This document shows positions 49,401-61,800 of a stretch of DNA of 64,000 bases, piece after piece. The position numbers and the translations under genes were made by a program. This DNA is from Podarcis tiliguerta (lineage: Eukaryota). The first letter of the stretch is position 1. Each line of letters opens with the position of its first letter. The notes beneath the pieces were generated by a model, which did no database searches, was not told where the DNA came from, and saw nothing but the letters and a program-made list of their open reading frames with translations. The stretch lies in NCBI GenBank assembly GCA_965153285.1, contig OZ229120.1; one strand, given 5' to 3'.

Positions 49401-50290
49401 GATATTAATGTTGCACAGCTTGAAGCAATAGGATGAATAAAAGCTGATTCCTCTCAGAATAAAAATTGTCCAGACCAAAAATTATGGTTCTGAAACTTTA
49501 CTAACAGAACTTGTTCCAAAACAAGACACAAAACAGTCAATGTTACATCCAGATAGTTGCATAAAATTATATGCTTATCCAAGCATAGGCTTGGCTTCTT
49601 ACAAATATAAAAACTCCTAACAGACCTGAAATCAAAGGTCTTTCTCACCACATAGACTCTATTACAGTCTGGAGCTGTTTTCTCTTCAGGAGAGATGTCG
49701 TTAGCACACCTTTGTCTTCGGTGACTTGAGAGAACAAAGACTCACACAAAACAGCGGCTTGCAACTCTTGTGGTCTAAGGTTAAATGCCACGTGAGAGAG
49801 CAGAGCAGAGATACATCCTAAGTTAATTATCAACCCATTAGGTGATCAGAGAGCTCTCTAGTTTAGCTCAATGGAGATTCCCCCAATGTTCTCTTTAGCA
49901 ATACACATTCAGAGTTATTTTCCATTTCCATGTACAATTAAATAATTATACTTAACAATAGGTAGACCTCTGTACACTAATGGCTCAGAGTTTGGATACA
50001 GCAGCAAAGGGAACTGTAAATCAGCCATTTTGTGTGCATTGGCCCTGAAAGTGCTATATTACTGGTGTATGTAAATAAAATATTTTGGTAGCTGGAGTGC
50101 AGAGCTCAATCCAGGAGTCATGATTGCCCAGGAAGCCTCAGGGAAAAGGTGTGCATCAGGTTGGGGAGAGGCTGTATGCTACTTCTGGTATTAACTATAT
50201 TGGATAACCTATTATTTCTAGGTGGAATCCAGCTGCTAGCTGCAATAACGTGGATCACTGCCACCACTCCTCACATCAAGGTCCCACCTT

Positions 50291-50293
<3 letters not shown>

Positions 50294-50358
<65 letters not shown>
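50294..50358. repeat. (CT)n(CA)n microsatellite
   Basis: Directly visible. Confidence 0.95.
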
Positions 50359-50359
<1 letters not shown>

Positions 50360-51227
50360 TTTTATTTTCCCACACAGGAAATGGTAAGTGTTGCCTGTCC
50401 CCCCATTATGACTCTCGCAAGAGAGCTAAAAGCAGACCCACATCTTCCAGACAAAAATGGGTCTACAGAGCAGGCTGAGAGAGGCCTGTAGGCTAGATAG
50501 AGTGAAAATTTAGGCCACCTGCACATGACCCAAAACCAGCAGGTTCCCTTCTCTTCCGCAAACCCATGTTAGTTGTGGCACCGTGTAGTTCAGAACCAGC
50601 TTGCAGAAAATGGCCAAAAACTTTCAGCATGCGAGTAGTGTGCACATTCTCTATTTTTGGTAAATGTACAGCATTTAGAAACTGGGAGCTGATTTTAGCT
50701 TGTAATTGCCATTTAAATGCACAGTCATGTAAGAAGGAGGCAGGTGGATCTGAAGTTAACCAGCAAATCGGCTACGGGCTTTTGATGCTGTTGTTTCTAG
50801 CTATGTATGTACATGGAATTTGCTACTTTGAGAGCCAGTTTCTGAACGTTTCCTCACTAAAACACATCACTATGAAAGTGGCACGTTTACAACCAGCACC
50901 AAATGCTGGGCTTCTAAATAAGGGTTCAGGGAGTGGCCACCCAGCCACTTAGCCCACCTCTCTACAGCCAAATGATATGGCAGCCACTGGAAAACTCTGT
51001 GACACTTCCAGATGTGCCACATGAAAAATAATTAAACTGCATCACTGCAAATGATGGGTTCAGGGCATTTTGGTTGCTGCCATATGCTCCATCGTGCTGT
51101 GAATCAGCCTTTTCCAGGAAATGTGTTGCTTCTGCTACGGAGCAATTCAGTTTCAAAGGTTGCTGTAGCCAAAATGTCTTTGGGTAGAACATTAAATGAG
51201 TCATGCTCAGTAAATGAATCAAATCAC

Positions 51228-51725
51228 GCCTTATGAGGAATGGTTGAGGGAGTTGGGTATGTTTAGCCTGGAGAAGATAAGACTGTGGGGTGATATGACA
51301 GCCATCTTCAAATATCTGAAGGATTGTCACATGGAAGGTGGAGAATGCTTGTTTTCTCCTGCTTCATAGGGTAGGACCAGATCCAATGTATTCAAATGAT
51401 GAAAAAGGAGTTTTTACACAACTGAGAAAAAATATTCTCTGGTGCACAGCCCAGTCAGATTTAGATGCTACAAACATCGAGCAGCTATGACTGAAAGTAA
51501 TTTTCAACCAACCACTGTGTTAAATTTCCCAGGTACCTTTCAAAGGAGATTTCTGACAGTAAGAGCTGTTCAGCGGCGGAATGGTCACCCTCGGAAGATG
51601 GCAGACTCTCCTTCATTGGAAGTTTTTTAACAGGTTGAATGGCCATCTTTCAGGGATTCTTCCACTGTGATTTCTGCCTTGCAGGGGGTTGAACTAGATG
51701 TCAATTCTATGCTTATGTGATTCTA
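51228..51725 (+). mobile_element. CR1 LINE 3' end, interrupted
   Basis: Encodes YEEWLRELGMFSLEKIRLWGDMTAIFKYLK; tail homologous to 41665-42057. Confidence 0.82.
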
Positions 51726-52295
51726 GTTTCTGGTCTGTCTGTTTTCCTTTTAGTAGCACTCCTATGCCATCCCCTTTATGCCAGATAGTGTACCAGTTGG
51801 AGTAATTGCTGGGGTTTGCAGCAAACCACTCTGCTGTGTCAACACAATACCTTGGCTTGGCTCATGGTACTGGCACAAGCAAATTAACCAGGGGCAATGC
51901 ATGCACAAACCCCTCTGGTGAACACAGCAAATCCGCATGGGGAAGGCAGTGCCAGTGACATTGATCTGTTTATTTACTTAAATCCATTTATGAATGTCTT
52001 CTCATACCTCAAAGTGATTTTGCATGAAAAAAGCATTAGCAGCAAAAACAATTTCACAATTTCACATGTATAACAATTACAACGTTGGGGGGGGAACCCA
52101 TTTGAAAACACTTTTGTTTGTAAAAACAATTAAAAACACTTTCTTATGTAAAAACAATTTCAAATCTGATGCTCGGAGGATTCTGCAATGGAGAGAGAGG
52201 AAGTCCCCACAGATTCAAAACAAAGCAAAACAAAAACCTCATTCCACCACCATCTGCACCAGTCATCTGCACCAGTCATTCCACCATCATCTGCA

Positions 52296-52545
52296 CCAGT
52301 GTGGTGCAGTGGTTAAGAGCAGTAGACTCCTAATCTGGGGAACTGGGTTCGCATCTCCACTCCTCCACATGCAGCTGCTGGGTGACCTTGGGCCAGTCAC
52401 ACGCCTCTGAAGTCTCTCAGCCCCACTCACCTCACAGAGTGTTTGCTGTGGGGTAGGAAGAGAAAGGAGAATGTTAGCCGCTTTGAGACTCCTTCAGGTA
52501 GTGATAAAGCGGGATATCAAATCCAAACTCTTCTTCTTCTTTTTT
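52296..52545 (+). mobile_element. tRNA-derived SINE (Squam3-like)
   Basis: A-box GTGGTGCAGTGG, B-box GGGTTCGCATC, (TTC)n tail; homologous to 20944-21228. Confidence 0.88.
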
Positions 52546-53799
52546 AGTGGTGCTGTGGCTCAAGGAGCTCAGCCCAATGGCTTCACAAAGGCCACTCACC
52601 ACTTTCCCAGGGGGCGACGGTTGCAGCCCCCCACTCTTAGCCTCCTTTCCTGATGGCCTGGGCACACACTTTTTCCGGCCATTGGAGAGGAATTCCCTTC
52701 AACTAGTGAAATCTCAGGGTCGGTCTTCCCACCCAAAAGGCATCTTAAAATGGGCCAATGAGTGGCCTCTCCTGGAGGTCAGTGCCTTTCTATCTACAAT
52801 CCTTTCAAAAGGAATTATCCATGAGCATTTCTATGATTCTAGCATTAAAAGGGGACAGTCACATCAGCTGAGCGTGCACCTGTGGCTTAGAGATGGACAT
52901 GAACGGGATAGAACTGACCCCTCGTTCTCCTGCCACCTTGAGTGTCTCTTTCTCTCCTACTCTAAATTAAAATGTTTTCCTAAAAGCCATTTGTTTGATT
53001 TTCTATATGCAGCTTGCACAGATGCTATGTGGATGCCAGAAAGCTGTTTAACATACTAAACGGGATGAGCTCCTAACTGAAGAATTGGGCGGGGGGAGTT
53101 GGGGAGGTTTCTCGGAGACATTTGCTTGAAACATGTTTTTCGATCCACCGAGCATCTTAGCGCGTGTCTCCTCTCGGCAGAATTCAATAGCTGAAACCAG
53201 CAATGGCACCCAAAGCACCTCTTCTCTTCTTTAAGCTGCACAATGCCGGCATTCTACAGCCACTAATATGCCGGATCAATAGTACAAGTGATTCGGCTTC
53301 TGTCCTTTGAGATTTCTCCCCTCTCCACATCGCTGCAGCGTTAGTCCTTTGCATAATCTCAACCTTTTATCCACAGGCCCCGATTCTAGGCTCTTTTGTA
53401 CATCCACCTATACAGTGGAATAAAAAGAGTCTATTGCTCAAATGTTATCTTATGGTGTGAAGGGGTGTAATTAATAGTCAACATCTACTTTATTCTATAC
53501 ATGACACAGTACTCATGCTTAGTTCACAGGATGTATGGCTATGGAGGGAGAGGGGCAGTGAGGTACTGATGCAGGAATGGGAATTTGCATCTCTGGGATG
53601 CTTTTTAATGGACAGGTTCCCCTTCCTTGCTCTGGAATGGGAACAAGGTGATAACAAGGCTTTCAAGTTTTGCTGTTGTTTGCGGCAGATTATCATAGCC
53701 AGTGTCAGAAAATGAGGAAAATAGTCAAGCAGAAATGAAACACTTCAGGCCCTTGATGGGGTCCTACTTCATGCTAGACATTAAAATGGGAGCACTTTT

Positions 53800-54330
53800 T
53801 GCACAATTGTTTGCATTTCTTTACTTTTATAAAAATTATCTATTGCATCATGTAATTTCTCCATTTTTCTTAAAGTAATCCATTTTTACCTTAGTTTTTA
53901 GTACATTACAAGTGTTGCTCAAATCCTGCAAAAGTTTTTAATTGTTTACAATGTTCTCTTAGGTAATTTATAATTTTTCCCCCATTTCTTGTTAAGGTTT
54001 CTATCTTCCTGGTTTCTGATTTTTTCGGTCATTTTCGCCATTTCAGCGCAGTCCATCATCTTTATCACCCATTTGTCTCTGGTCAGAACTTTGTCTTCTT
54101 TCCATCTCCGGGCCAGTAGTATCTGTGCTGGTGCTGTCGCATACATAAATAATAGTTTCTGCTCCTTTGGTAATTCTACATCTAATCCTAGTAAAAACGC
54201 TTCTGGTTCTTTCCACAAATGTAATTTTAAACATTTTTTTCAACTCATTGTATATCATTTCCCAGAATGCTTTTATTATTCTGCACGTCCACCACACATG
54301 GTAGAACGTGCCTTTGTTTGCATTTCTGAT
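53800..54330 (-). mobile_element. L1-clade LINE ORF2 C-terminal fragment
   Basis: HMWWTC...FWEMIYNELKKMFKITF and KEPEAFLLG...LLFMYAT, homologous to 24134-24975. Confidence 0.85.
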
Positions 54331-54894
54331 TGAAAGCTAAATGGGGAAGCTCAGTGGGACAGCACATGTTTTGCATGCAGAAGATCCCAGATCTAGTCCT
54401 GGCTGCATCTAAAGGTCTGCCATGATGAGCTCCTGCCCTTCAAAATTTAGCAATACATGACTGGGGGTGGGGGCAAGCTGGAGTTTCCCAACTAGAATCT
54501 TGAGCTTCCCCCAGATACAGAATGTACCCCTAGCAAAAAAAACCCCAAATCCCCTCATGCAAGCATACACTGAAGGTTTCATGCCTCTCAGTATTTGCTA
54601 CCACATACCAGTGGTTCCATTGTATAGAAGGGAATATCAGCACTTCCTCTCTCTGCTATGTGCTGCCTCGCTTGAAACAGAAAACAGGGCAGCCCCTGAG
54701 CATGCAGAGCAGTGTGCGCGCCTTTGTTTGGGCCCCACGGATCCTGCCTAGTGAGGGCAATATAGAAAATACTGTATCAGGTACCTCTACACTGTACTGA
54801 TAGCAGCAGATTCACACACTTTTCTGTATGCTCACAAATTACTGATTTGAAAGGTTCATGGGCATGCCTAATTTTAGCAAGGCTTGTTACAGAA

Positions 54895-55066
54895 CAGTGG
54901 CGTAGCGTGGGGGGTGCAGGGGGGGCCGGCCGCACCGGGCGCAACATCGGGGGGGGGGGAGGCGCACTCGCACTCGCAGCTCTCTGCCCCTACCTAAAAT
55001 CCACGGGTTAGGGGGCGCAAATTACTTGCCTTGCCCCGGGTGCTGACAACCCACGCTACGCCACTG
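54895..55066. mobile_element. hAT MITE (Tip100-like), 172 bp
   Basis: Perfect 17-bp TIR CAGTGGCGTAGCGTGGG and perfect 8-bp TSD TTACAGAA. Confidence 0.93.
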
Positions 55067-57875
55067 TTACAGAAAGTGATCCATGTGTTGCTGCCCACCT
55101 TGTTGACTGCCTGGGTGAGGGAAAGTGATATTTCTTCTCCAGATTTGATTTAATCCAAGCCAGAAAAGAGCTGGGGCTTTTACTGCTCACATCCTCAGTG
55201 CTAAGCGTTGCAAACCTCTGCTTTGGATCACAGACTTGTAGCATTGGAAGGGGCCCTTGAGTCCAATGAATGACTTTTGATGGCATCCCTGCTTATAATA
55301 TATGTATATTATTGTCAGGGAAGAGACACGCCAAAGAGAGCTTGTACATGCAAGACAAGCATGCATTCTGCTTTCCCCACCTCACCCCAGCTGTCCTCAC
55401 AGGTTCCAGGGATTATGCATGATGAAACAAGAGAGGATGTCATATTAGACTTTGTAGTAAGCTCTCTTATCCCTTTCAGGTGGGCAGCAAGAAAATTTCC
55501 CCGGCTTTGCTACCATCTTTTAAAGCGCTAACAAGTGTTCTGTGGTTTCTAAAAGACTTCTCTTTTTCTTTTATAGCTACAGGGTTACCACCCCGGTAGG
55601 TAAGGAAGATCTTTCTTCAGTGCTCCACGAGACACTTTGTGAAACGCCATCTAGCTCAATTCAAGGAAGAATGGGTATGTCATAAGCCAAATGATTTTAT
55701 TTTTTTACTTTGTTCCCAAAAATCCTAGGATACTTTATCTTTTTTATGTTGTAATGCAGGAGTCTTTTATTGATAGCCACCTACTTTTCCTGATCTATGT
55801 TCTGACAAAAGCTTGACCTCTTAACACGTCTTCATTTGGAGCGTGCTTCTAAGGGCTATGAAAGGTACCTGGGAAATTTAACACGGTGTTTGAAAATGAC
55901 TTTCAATCATAGCTGCTCGATGTTTTTACCAACTAAATCTGACTGGGCTGTGCACCGGAGAATATTTTTTTCTCAGTCATGCATATTTGTGCATAAAATC
56001 ACCAGAGCTGAACAGGAAAAATCAGGGGAGAATCTATTAAAGGAACTATACAGGTTTGAGTCCAGCTTCCCAAGGCCATTTAAAAACAAAAAATGTCATT
56101 GCAATCCAAAGAACTGGTTGCATCCGAAGTCTGCAGCCAAAGAACTGGCTGGTTAATTGTACGCCCCTGTCTCACTTCAGTCTTTTTCCAAAAGCCTCAT
56201 CCTCCACATATTATTCCTCAGGTTCCTCTTTAGTAATCCACGGTCTCCCGTTTTAGTATGGATAGAATGAATCCACATGAAGAGGGGTGGCATTGTGGTG
56301 GCAGACTCTGTCCTGATCAACATGCATTCATTTTAATATATGAAATTGCTTAGGTATTTCCAAGCACACAACATGTAGACTTGCTTGAGATATTGCAATC
56401 AATGCACATAGGTGAGGGGGCAGATCCCACCTCTGATATGCCACCCTCCCCATGCCTTTTTCTACTCAAATCGAGTGTATGAAAAGTGCTCTAGTCTTCA
56501 GGCATCCCTTGTGCAAGGCGCTAATCCCAGCCAAACTGGCAGCTTCCCCTTCCCTCCCAGAAATTGGATTAACAACTGCTTTGTTCCCTCATCAACTGAA
56601 CATTTTAAGCTGCCCCAGCTGCTCAGGTGTCAGACACTCCACTTTCACAAGGGCAACACAATAATAAATGGCCGGTTGCAAAGGGCAACAAGGCTTTTGC
56701 ACCTTTAGTAGTTGTACAAAAGAAGGAACTTGGGCACGTTGGACTACTTGTCGTGCAGGGTTAAGAAAAGCTGCATCTGCCAAATCCCATCTTCTGCAGA
56801 ACTATTTAAAGGAACAAGAGCCTTGCTTGCTTTGCATTTTGTCATGCTAATCACTGATGAACGGAGAAGTTCTCCTCGAACAGTGAAAATGCAATGCAAA
56901 CAGCATGTAACAGACACACAAATTATAATGGAAAGTGTACTTAGAGAATGAATAATGAATAAGCAGACATTGTTCGACAAAACATGTTAATAATATAATA
57001 CGGCAATACCTTGCAAAAATGGGGGATCATATGCTATCCTGCTAATGTGTATAGTGGATATGTGATTGCTGGTCATTTTCTTGTTCTTTTTATGTACATT
57101 TCCCAAGACACAGATCCCATATTTCACACATTTACCATAATGTGGGTGTGTGGGTGCATGTCTGTGGGAACATTAACTATACAGTATCTTCACCCCAGTC
57201 CATTAACCATAAAATGGGTGAATATGTTTCCTTTTTCAAAACGAAATAAATAAATATCCCCCCCAAGTCCATTTATGTTATTGTTGTTTTCCAGATGGGA
57301 AACTGAGGCTAAATTAATGACTTGCTCAAGGCCACCAAGTCAGTCTCTGGCTCTGCATTCCAGAGTCTCATTTGCCCAATCTAAGTCAAGCAGTGTATAT
57401 CCTCTAATTAAAACAACAGCACACTTCTGAAATGTATGCTTTCGTGGCTGTTCACTGACTCTGTACAGCATAACAGGGATGTTAGATCGCTCCTATATCA
57501 GTATGCATACTTATTAAGCAATTATGTGCTTGAGCTAATTGCTTAATTGTGAAAAACTCAGCTCTTCAAAAGCCAGTTACTTCTTCCTTTTGATTCTGTT
57601 CCCATTTTGAACACTAAGCAGGTGCATGGTGATATTTGCTATGTTTGTAGCAAAACGAGTTTTGCTTTGAAGATTAGACTTTTTTGTTTACATTTATCTC
57701 AAGTCAACTCCAAGCTCTGACGACTGCTGGCATGTGGTCTTCAACTGTTGGCCCACTCCTGGTTGAGTTCAAGTTGTTTGCTGAGACTATTGAAGCCTGG
57801 TCATATGTGCATGCAAAACACTCAGAAGGAGAATTGCTATGACTTATGCTGTTCCACCAGAATTATAGCTCTTGT

Positions 57876-57876
<1 letters not shown>

Positions 57877-57926
<50 letters not shown>
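57877..57926. repeat. (TATC)n tetranucleotide repeat
   Basis: Directly visible, about 12 units. Confidence 0.95.
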
Positions 57927-57999
57927 GCCCATTGCTTACAATAAAGAGAATCTAGCCAGATCAAGGCAGCCTTTGTATGCATCTTGAATATAAAGTCAC

Positions 58000-59055
58000 T
58001 CACATCTGTTCTGATCTTGACACTGCAATTGGTACAATCCCAGTGGAGGTATCCAAAGCACCACCTAATCAGATTTTATGGGATCGCCTTCAGTTATTGT
58101 GGCCTGAGGAAGCAGACAAGATTCTTATGACCTTACAGCTACTGAGACTTATTAGCTACTAAGGGTCAGCTGAGGGGGATTGCCTGGATGGGGCAAAGGG
58201 GTGGAAAATGCCTCCATGTCAGAAAGCAGTGCCTTCAGCTCCTGAGGAGCCCCTCTGGACCCTGCTCACAAATACCACTGTACTGGGAAAGGTCTCAAGA
58301 GAGATTGGGGACTAGGTTTTGTTGTTGTTGTTTTTTTGAAGAAAACATATTATCTAAGCACATTATAGTCTTCTTTCAGTCCTGCTGTTGGGATTAAGAT
58401 ATCCTTGGTTGCCCTGGTAGATGACCTCCTTTGGGAGACAGACTCTGTTGATTCACATTTATCTATCAGCAGCTTTTGATAAATCAGCCATGGTATCTTG
58501 CTGAACTGGCTCTGTGGGGAAGGAGCTGGAGGCACAGTGATATGGTGTTTCCAGTCCTACCTGAATGACGAGTTCCAGAAGGTGATAGAGACTGAAGTTA
58601 ATTCTCCATGGCCGTTATGCTCTGGAGTATTACAGAGTTCCTTTCTGTTCCCCATACTGTTTAATAGTTATATGAAATCAGTGAGGTCACTAAGGAGTTT
58701 GGCCTTGGATGCCAATATGGTGCAGATGACACTCACCTCTAGTTCTCCCTCTCACCTGAGTCAGCTAAGGAGGTGGATGTGCTGGACCAGTGTCTGAACG
58801 CTGTGATGGGCAGGATAAAGGTCAATGAAGTTTGACGGAACTCTGGAAAGCCACTGGCTCTGTGGGTTGGTAGTTCTTGGGGCTGGGACTTAGGCAGGTG
58901 ACCTGCTGGATGTGGTTGCATCCCCCCTGAAGGAGCAGGTGTGTAGTTTATGAGTAATCCAAGATCCATCCTTGTCTATCAAAGGCCTGGAGTTCCTTTG
59001 GCCAACTACGACTGATTCTCCGACTATGACTGCTCCTTGTTAGAGATAGCCTATC
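58000..59055 (+). mobile_element. L2-type LINE reverse transcriptase remnant
   Basis: Broken frames give LVALVDDL, LSAAFD, GGTVIWCFQSYL, GVLQSSFLFPILFNSYMK and a degraded YADD (CQYGADDT). Confidence 0.8.
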
Positions 59056-61202
59056 CTCAGGAGTAGGGGTGTAGATGTAGAACAGCTTATTTTTAGGAAT
59101 CAGATTTTCTGCAAAATGCAAAAGAAAAGAAAAGAAAACGTATGAGCTGGTATTTTGATGACAAAGATATCACAACAACCAAAACTGTGTGCATGAGTAA
59201 CACCAATTCCACAATAAACTCCTATCTGGAAGCCCCCAGAGCCTCAATAGTGATGTTTTAACATTCATTGGCTTGCCATTTATAAAATGCCTCTTTTCAA
59301 CCAATCACACCTTTTGCCTCTATATCTTACCTTAGCTGTTGTTTTTGTCGACCTTGAACATGTTTGATCTGATCCCATCTACCTCAGACACAGATGCCTT
59401 TGTTTTGGGCATCTGTTTTTGCACTCTGAAAAAAAGAAGCTACTGATAGTTATTTTGTGCCTTGTTTTCTTCTCAGCCGAAAAGAAGAATCTACTAGTAC
59501 ACCAGCACATCTGGGAGAAAACATGTTTTCTAATAGTTTGGTGAAGGTTTGTTTGAAATGGGGAGCTATCAAATTTGATGTATATGTTATAGGGAGAAAA
59601 TGCACAATGATGCCTTGTTGGCAAATAACGGATTGCTGCAAGTCTAAAGCGAGTGTGTGTATATATGTGTAGGAATAATCAGCCTCAAGGTTCTTTTCTT
59701 GTATTGCTTTCATCTTGGGAAAAGTCCTTTAAGGATATTGAAGCTTGATTTGTTTTCCTACTTGCCACTTGCAAGTCTGTCCAGTTCACAAACTTGCATT
59801 TCTTTGTTGTCTCTCTGGTTCTGCTGCCTTGCACAGTACTTTCTCTCACTCGATCTTTATTAAAAAATCCCTAGGCCCCAAGATAAAACAGATGCCCTGA
59901 TGTAGTGACTGGCATATACCAGCTATAGGCATGTTCACATGAGAAAATGCTTTGACAAATATTTCGTCTATCTGAGATATTTTCCAGCTGAGTTCCTGCC
60001 CTATCCTGTTCCCACCACATTCTCAGCATTGCATTGTGAAAAAAGTAAGGACATTTAACTTCAGCAGCCAGACCCAGAAAGTCAGGCTTTGGAAATAAGG
60101 ATATTTCCCTCCTCTTTGTATGCCCCCTCCTGCTTAATCTTGCCCTTGTTAATGGGAATAAACTTCACTTCACTTGATTCTCTCTCCCCCCCCACATCTG
60201 TTTTCAAAAAGAGCAAATTGAGGAAGGATTTTTTTGTATTTCCTGACTACTGTCGTTTTTCTATTACAAGGCACTCCCTTATTATTGACAAATTACAGAG
60301 ACTGGGGTGGGGGTGGGAAGGAATAACTATGTTGCCACTAAATTGGGCTTCCAACAAATACGACAATTTGGGAGTGGGTGGAAGGAACATGTTTACAGAA
60401 AAATACATGACTGCTACAACTTCTTCAGTAGTGAAATAGCAATATTTGTATTAAGTTTATTCTATTTTTAAGCTACTGATGCAACAAATATAATGTCTAA
60501 TGATAACAGATTGGCAGTCTACTATCAATCAGACTTTTTCCATACAGTTCTGTAGTTCCTGCTTTTGGGGATCATTGCCAGGGAATACAGAGACATTTGA
60601 ATCAACAACCACAAGGAATAACTCTGCAAACAGAGTATACCAAATCTTTCATATATCTTGGGAGATGGCCTTCTTCTACACATGCCAACACAAACTCCGA
60701 GGTCCCTTTCAGAGGCCCTGCTACAAGTGACACAGACAGCTAAAGGCACAGCACAGACTCTGAGCAGGCAGAAAAGGCAAGTGCACCTTGCTTCAAGGGA
60801 ACCAACCTCCAGGGGCCAAGATCCCTTCTCCGCCCCTCCAATATAATATTTGAGGGGCCCCCGGCCCCAAAGTTGATGGGCATTGCCATTCAAATGGTGT
60901 GCATGCACAGCATCTTGTGATCAGTTGTACAGGGTAGAGCTTACCTGGGCCTCCCCAATATTTTATTCAAGTTGGCATCTCTGCTTTGCTCCAAGCACCC
61001 CATAACAGGCAGACCTAATAATAACAGTAATAATGATAATAGATATTGTAATTCCTTACCCACCCTTCACCATAAGGTCCCTGGGCAGGATAGAACCATT
61101 AATAATACAATACTAGAAACAGGTTTGTTTGTTTTTTTAAGAATCCTAGCCTTGACTCGAATACAGTTCAACCCTGTTTGATTGCCTGATAGTAGAATTA
61201 TT

Positions 61203-61594
61203 GAGCGGACGTGGGTGGCGCTGTGGTCTACACCACTGAGCCTCTTGGGCTTGCCGATCAAAAGGTTGGTGGTTTGAATCCCCACGACGGGGTGAGGTCT
61301 CATTGCTCTGTCCCAGCTCTTGCCAACCTAGCAATTCGAAAGCACACCAGTGCAAGTAGATAAATAGGGACCACTGTGGCAGGAAGGTAAACAGCATCTC
61401 CATACACCCTGGCTTCTGTCACAGTGTTCCATTGCACCAGAAGCGGTTTAGTCATACTGGCCACATGACCCGGAAAGCTGTCTGTGGACAAATGCCAGCT
61501 CGCTTGGCCTGAAAGGGAGATGAGAACCGCAACCCCATAGTCACCTTTGACTGGACTTAACTGTCCAGGGGTCCTTTACCTTTTTTTTAACCTT
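61203..61594 (+). mobile_element. Sauria SINE, older variant
   Basis: Head and tail as other copies, different central segment; TSD TAGTA(G/T)AATTATT. Confidence 0.92.
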
Positions 61595-61634
61595 TAGTAT
61601 AATTATTACAAGATTAATTTAAAATAGTGCAATG

Positions 61635-61800
61635 CCAGTATTGTATGGTGGATAGAATACAGAGAATCAGGTTTGACTTCCCACTGAGACATGAATTCAC
61701 TGGGCGACCTTGGGCCAGTCGCCATCTCTCATCATCACTCACCTCACAAGGTTCTTGCAAGGATAAAATGTGTGTGAGAGAGGGGGGAAGGCACCTGTAT
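61635..61800 (+). mobile_element. Degraded Squam3/MIR-like SINE
   Basis: TGGGCGACCTTGGGCCAGTC and CACTCACCTCACA are shared with 52296-52545. Confidence 0.6.
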
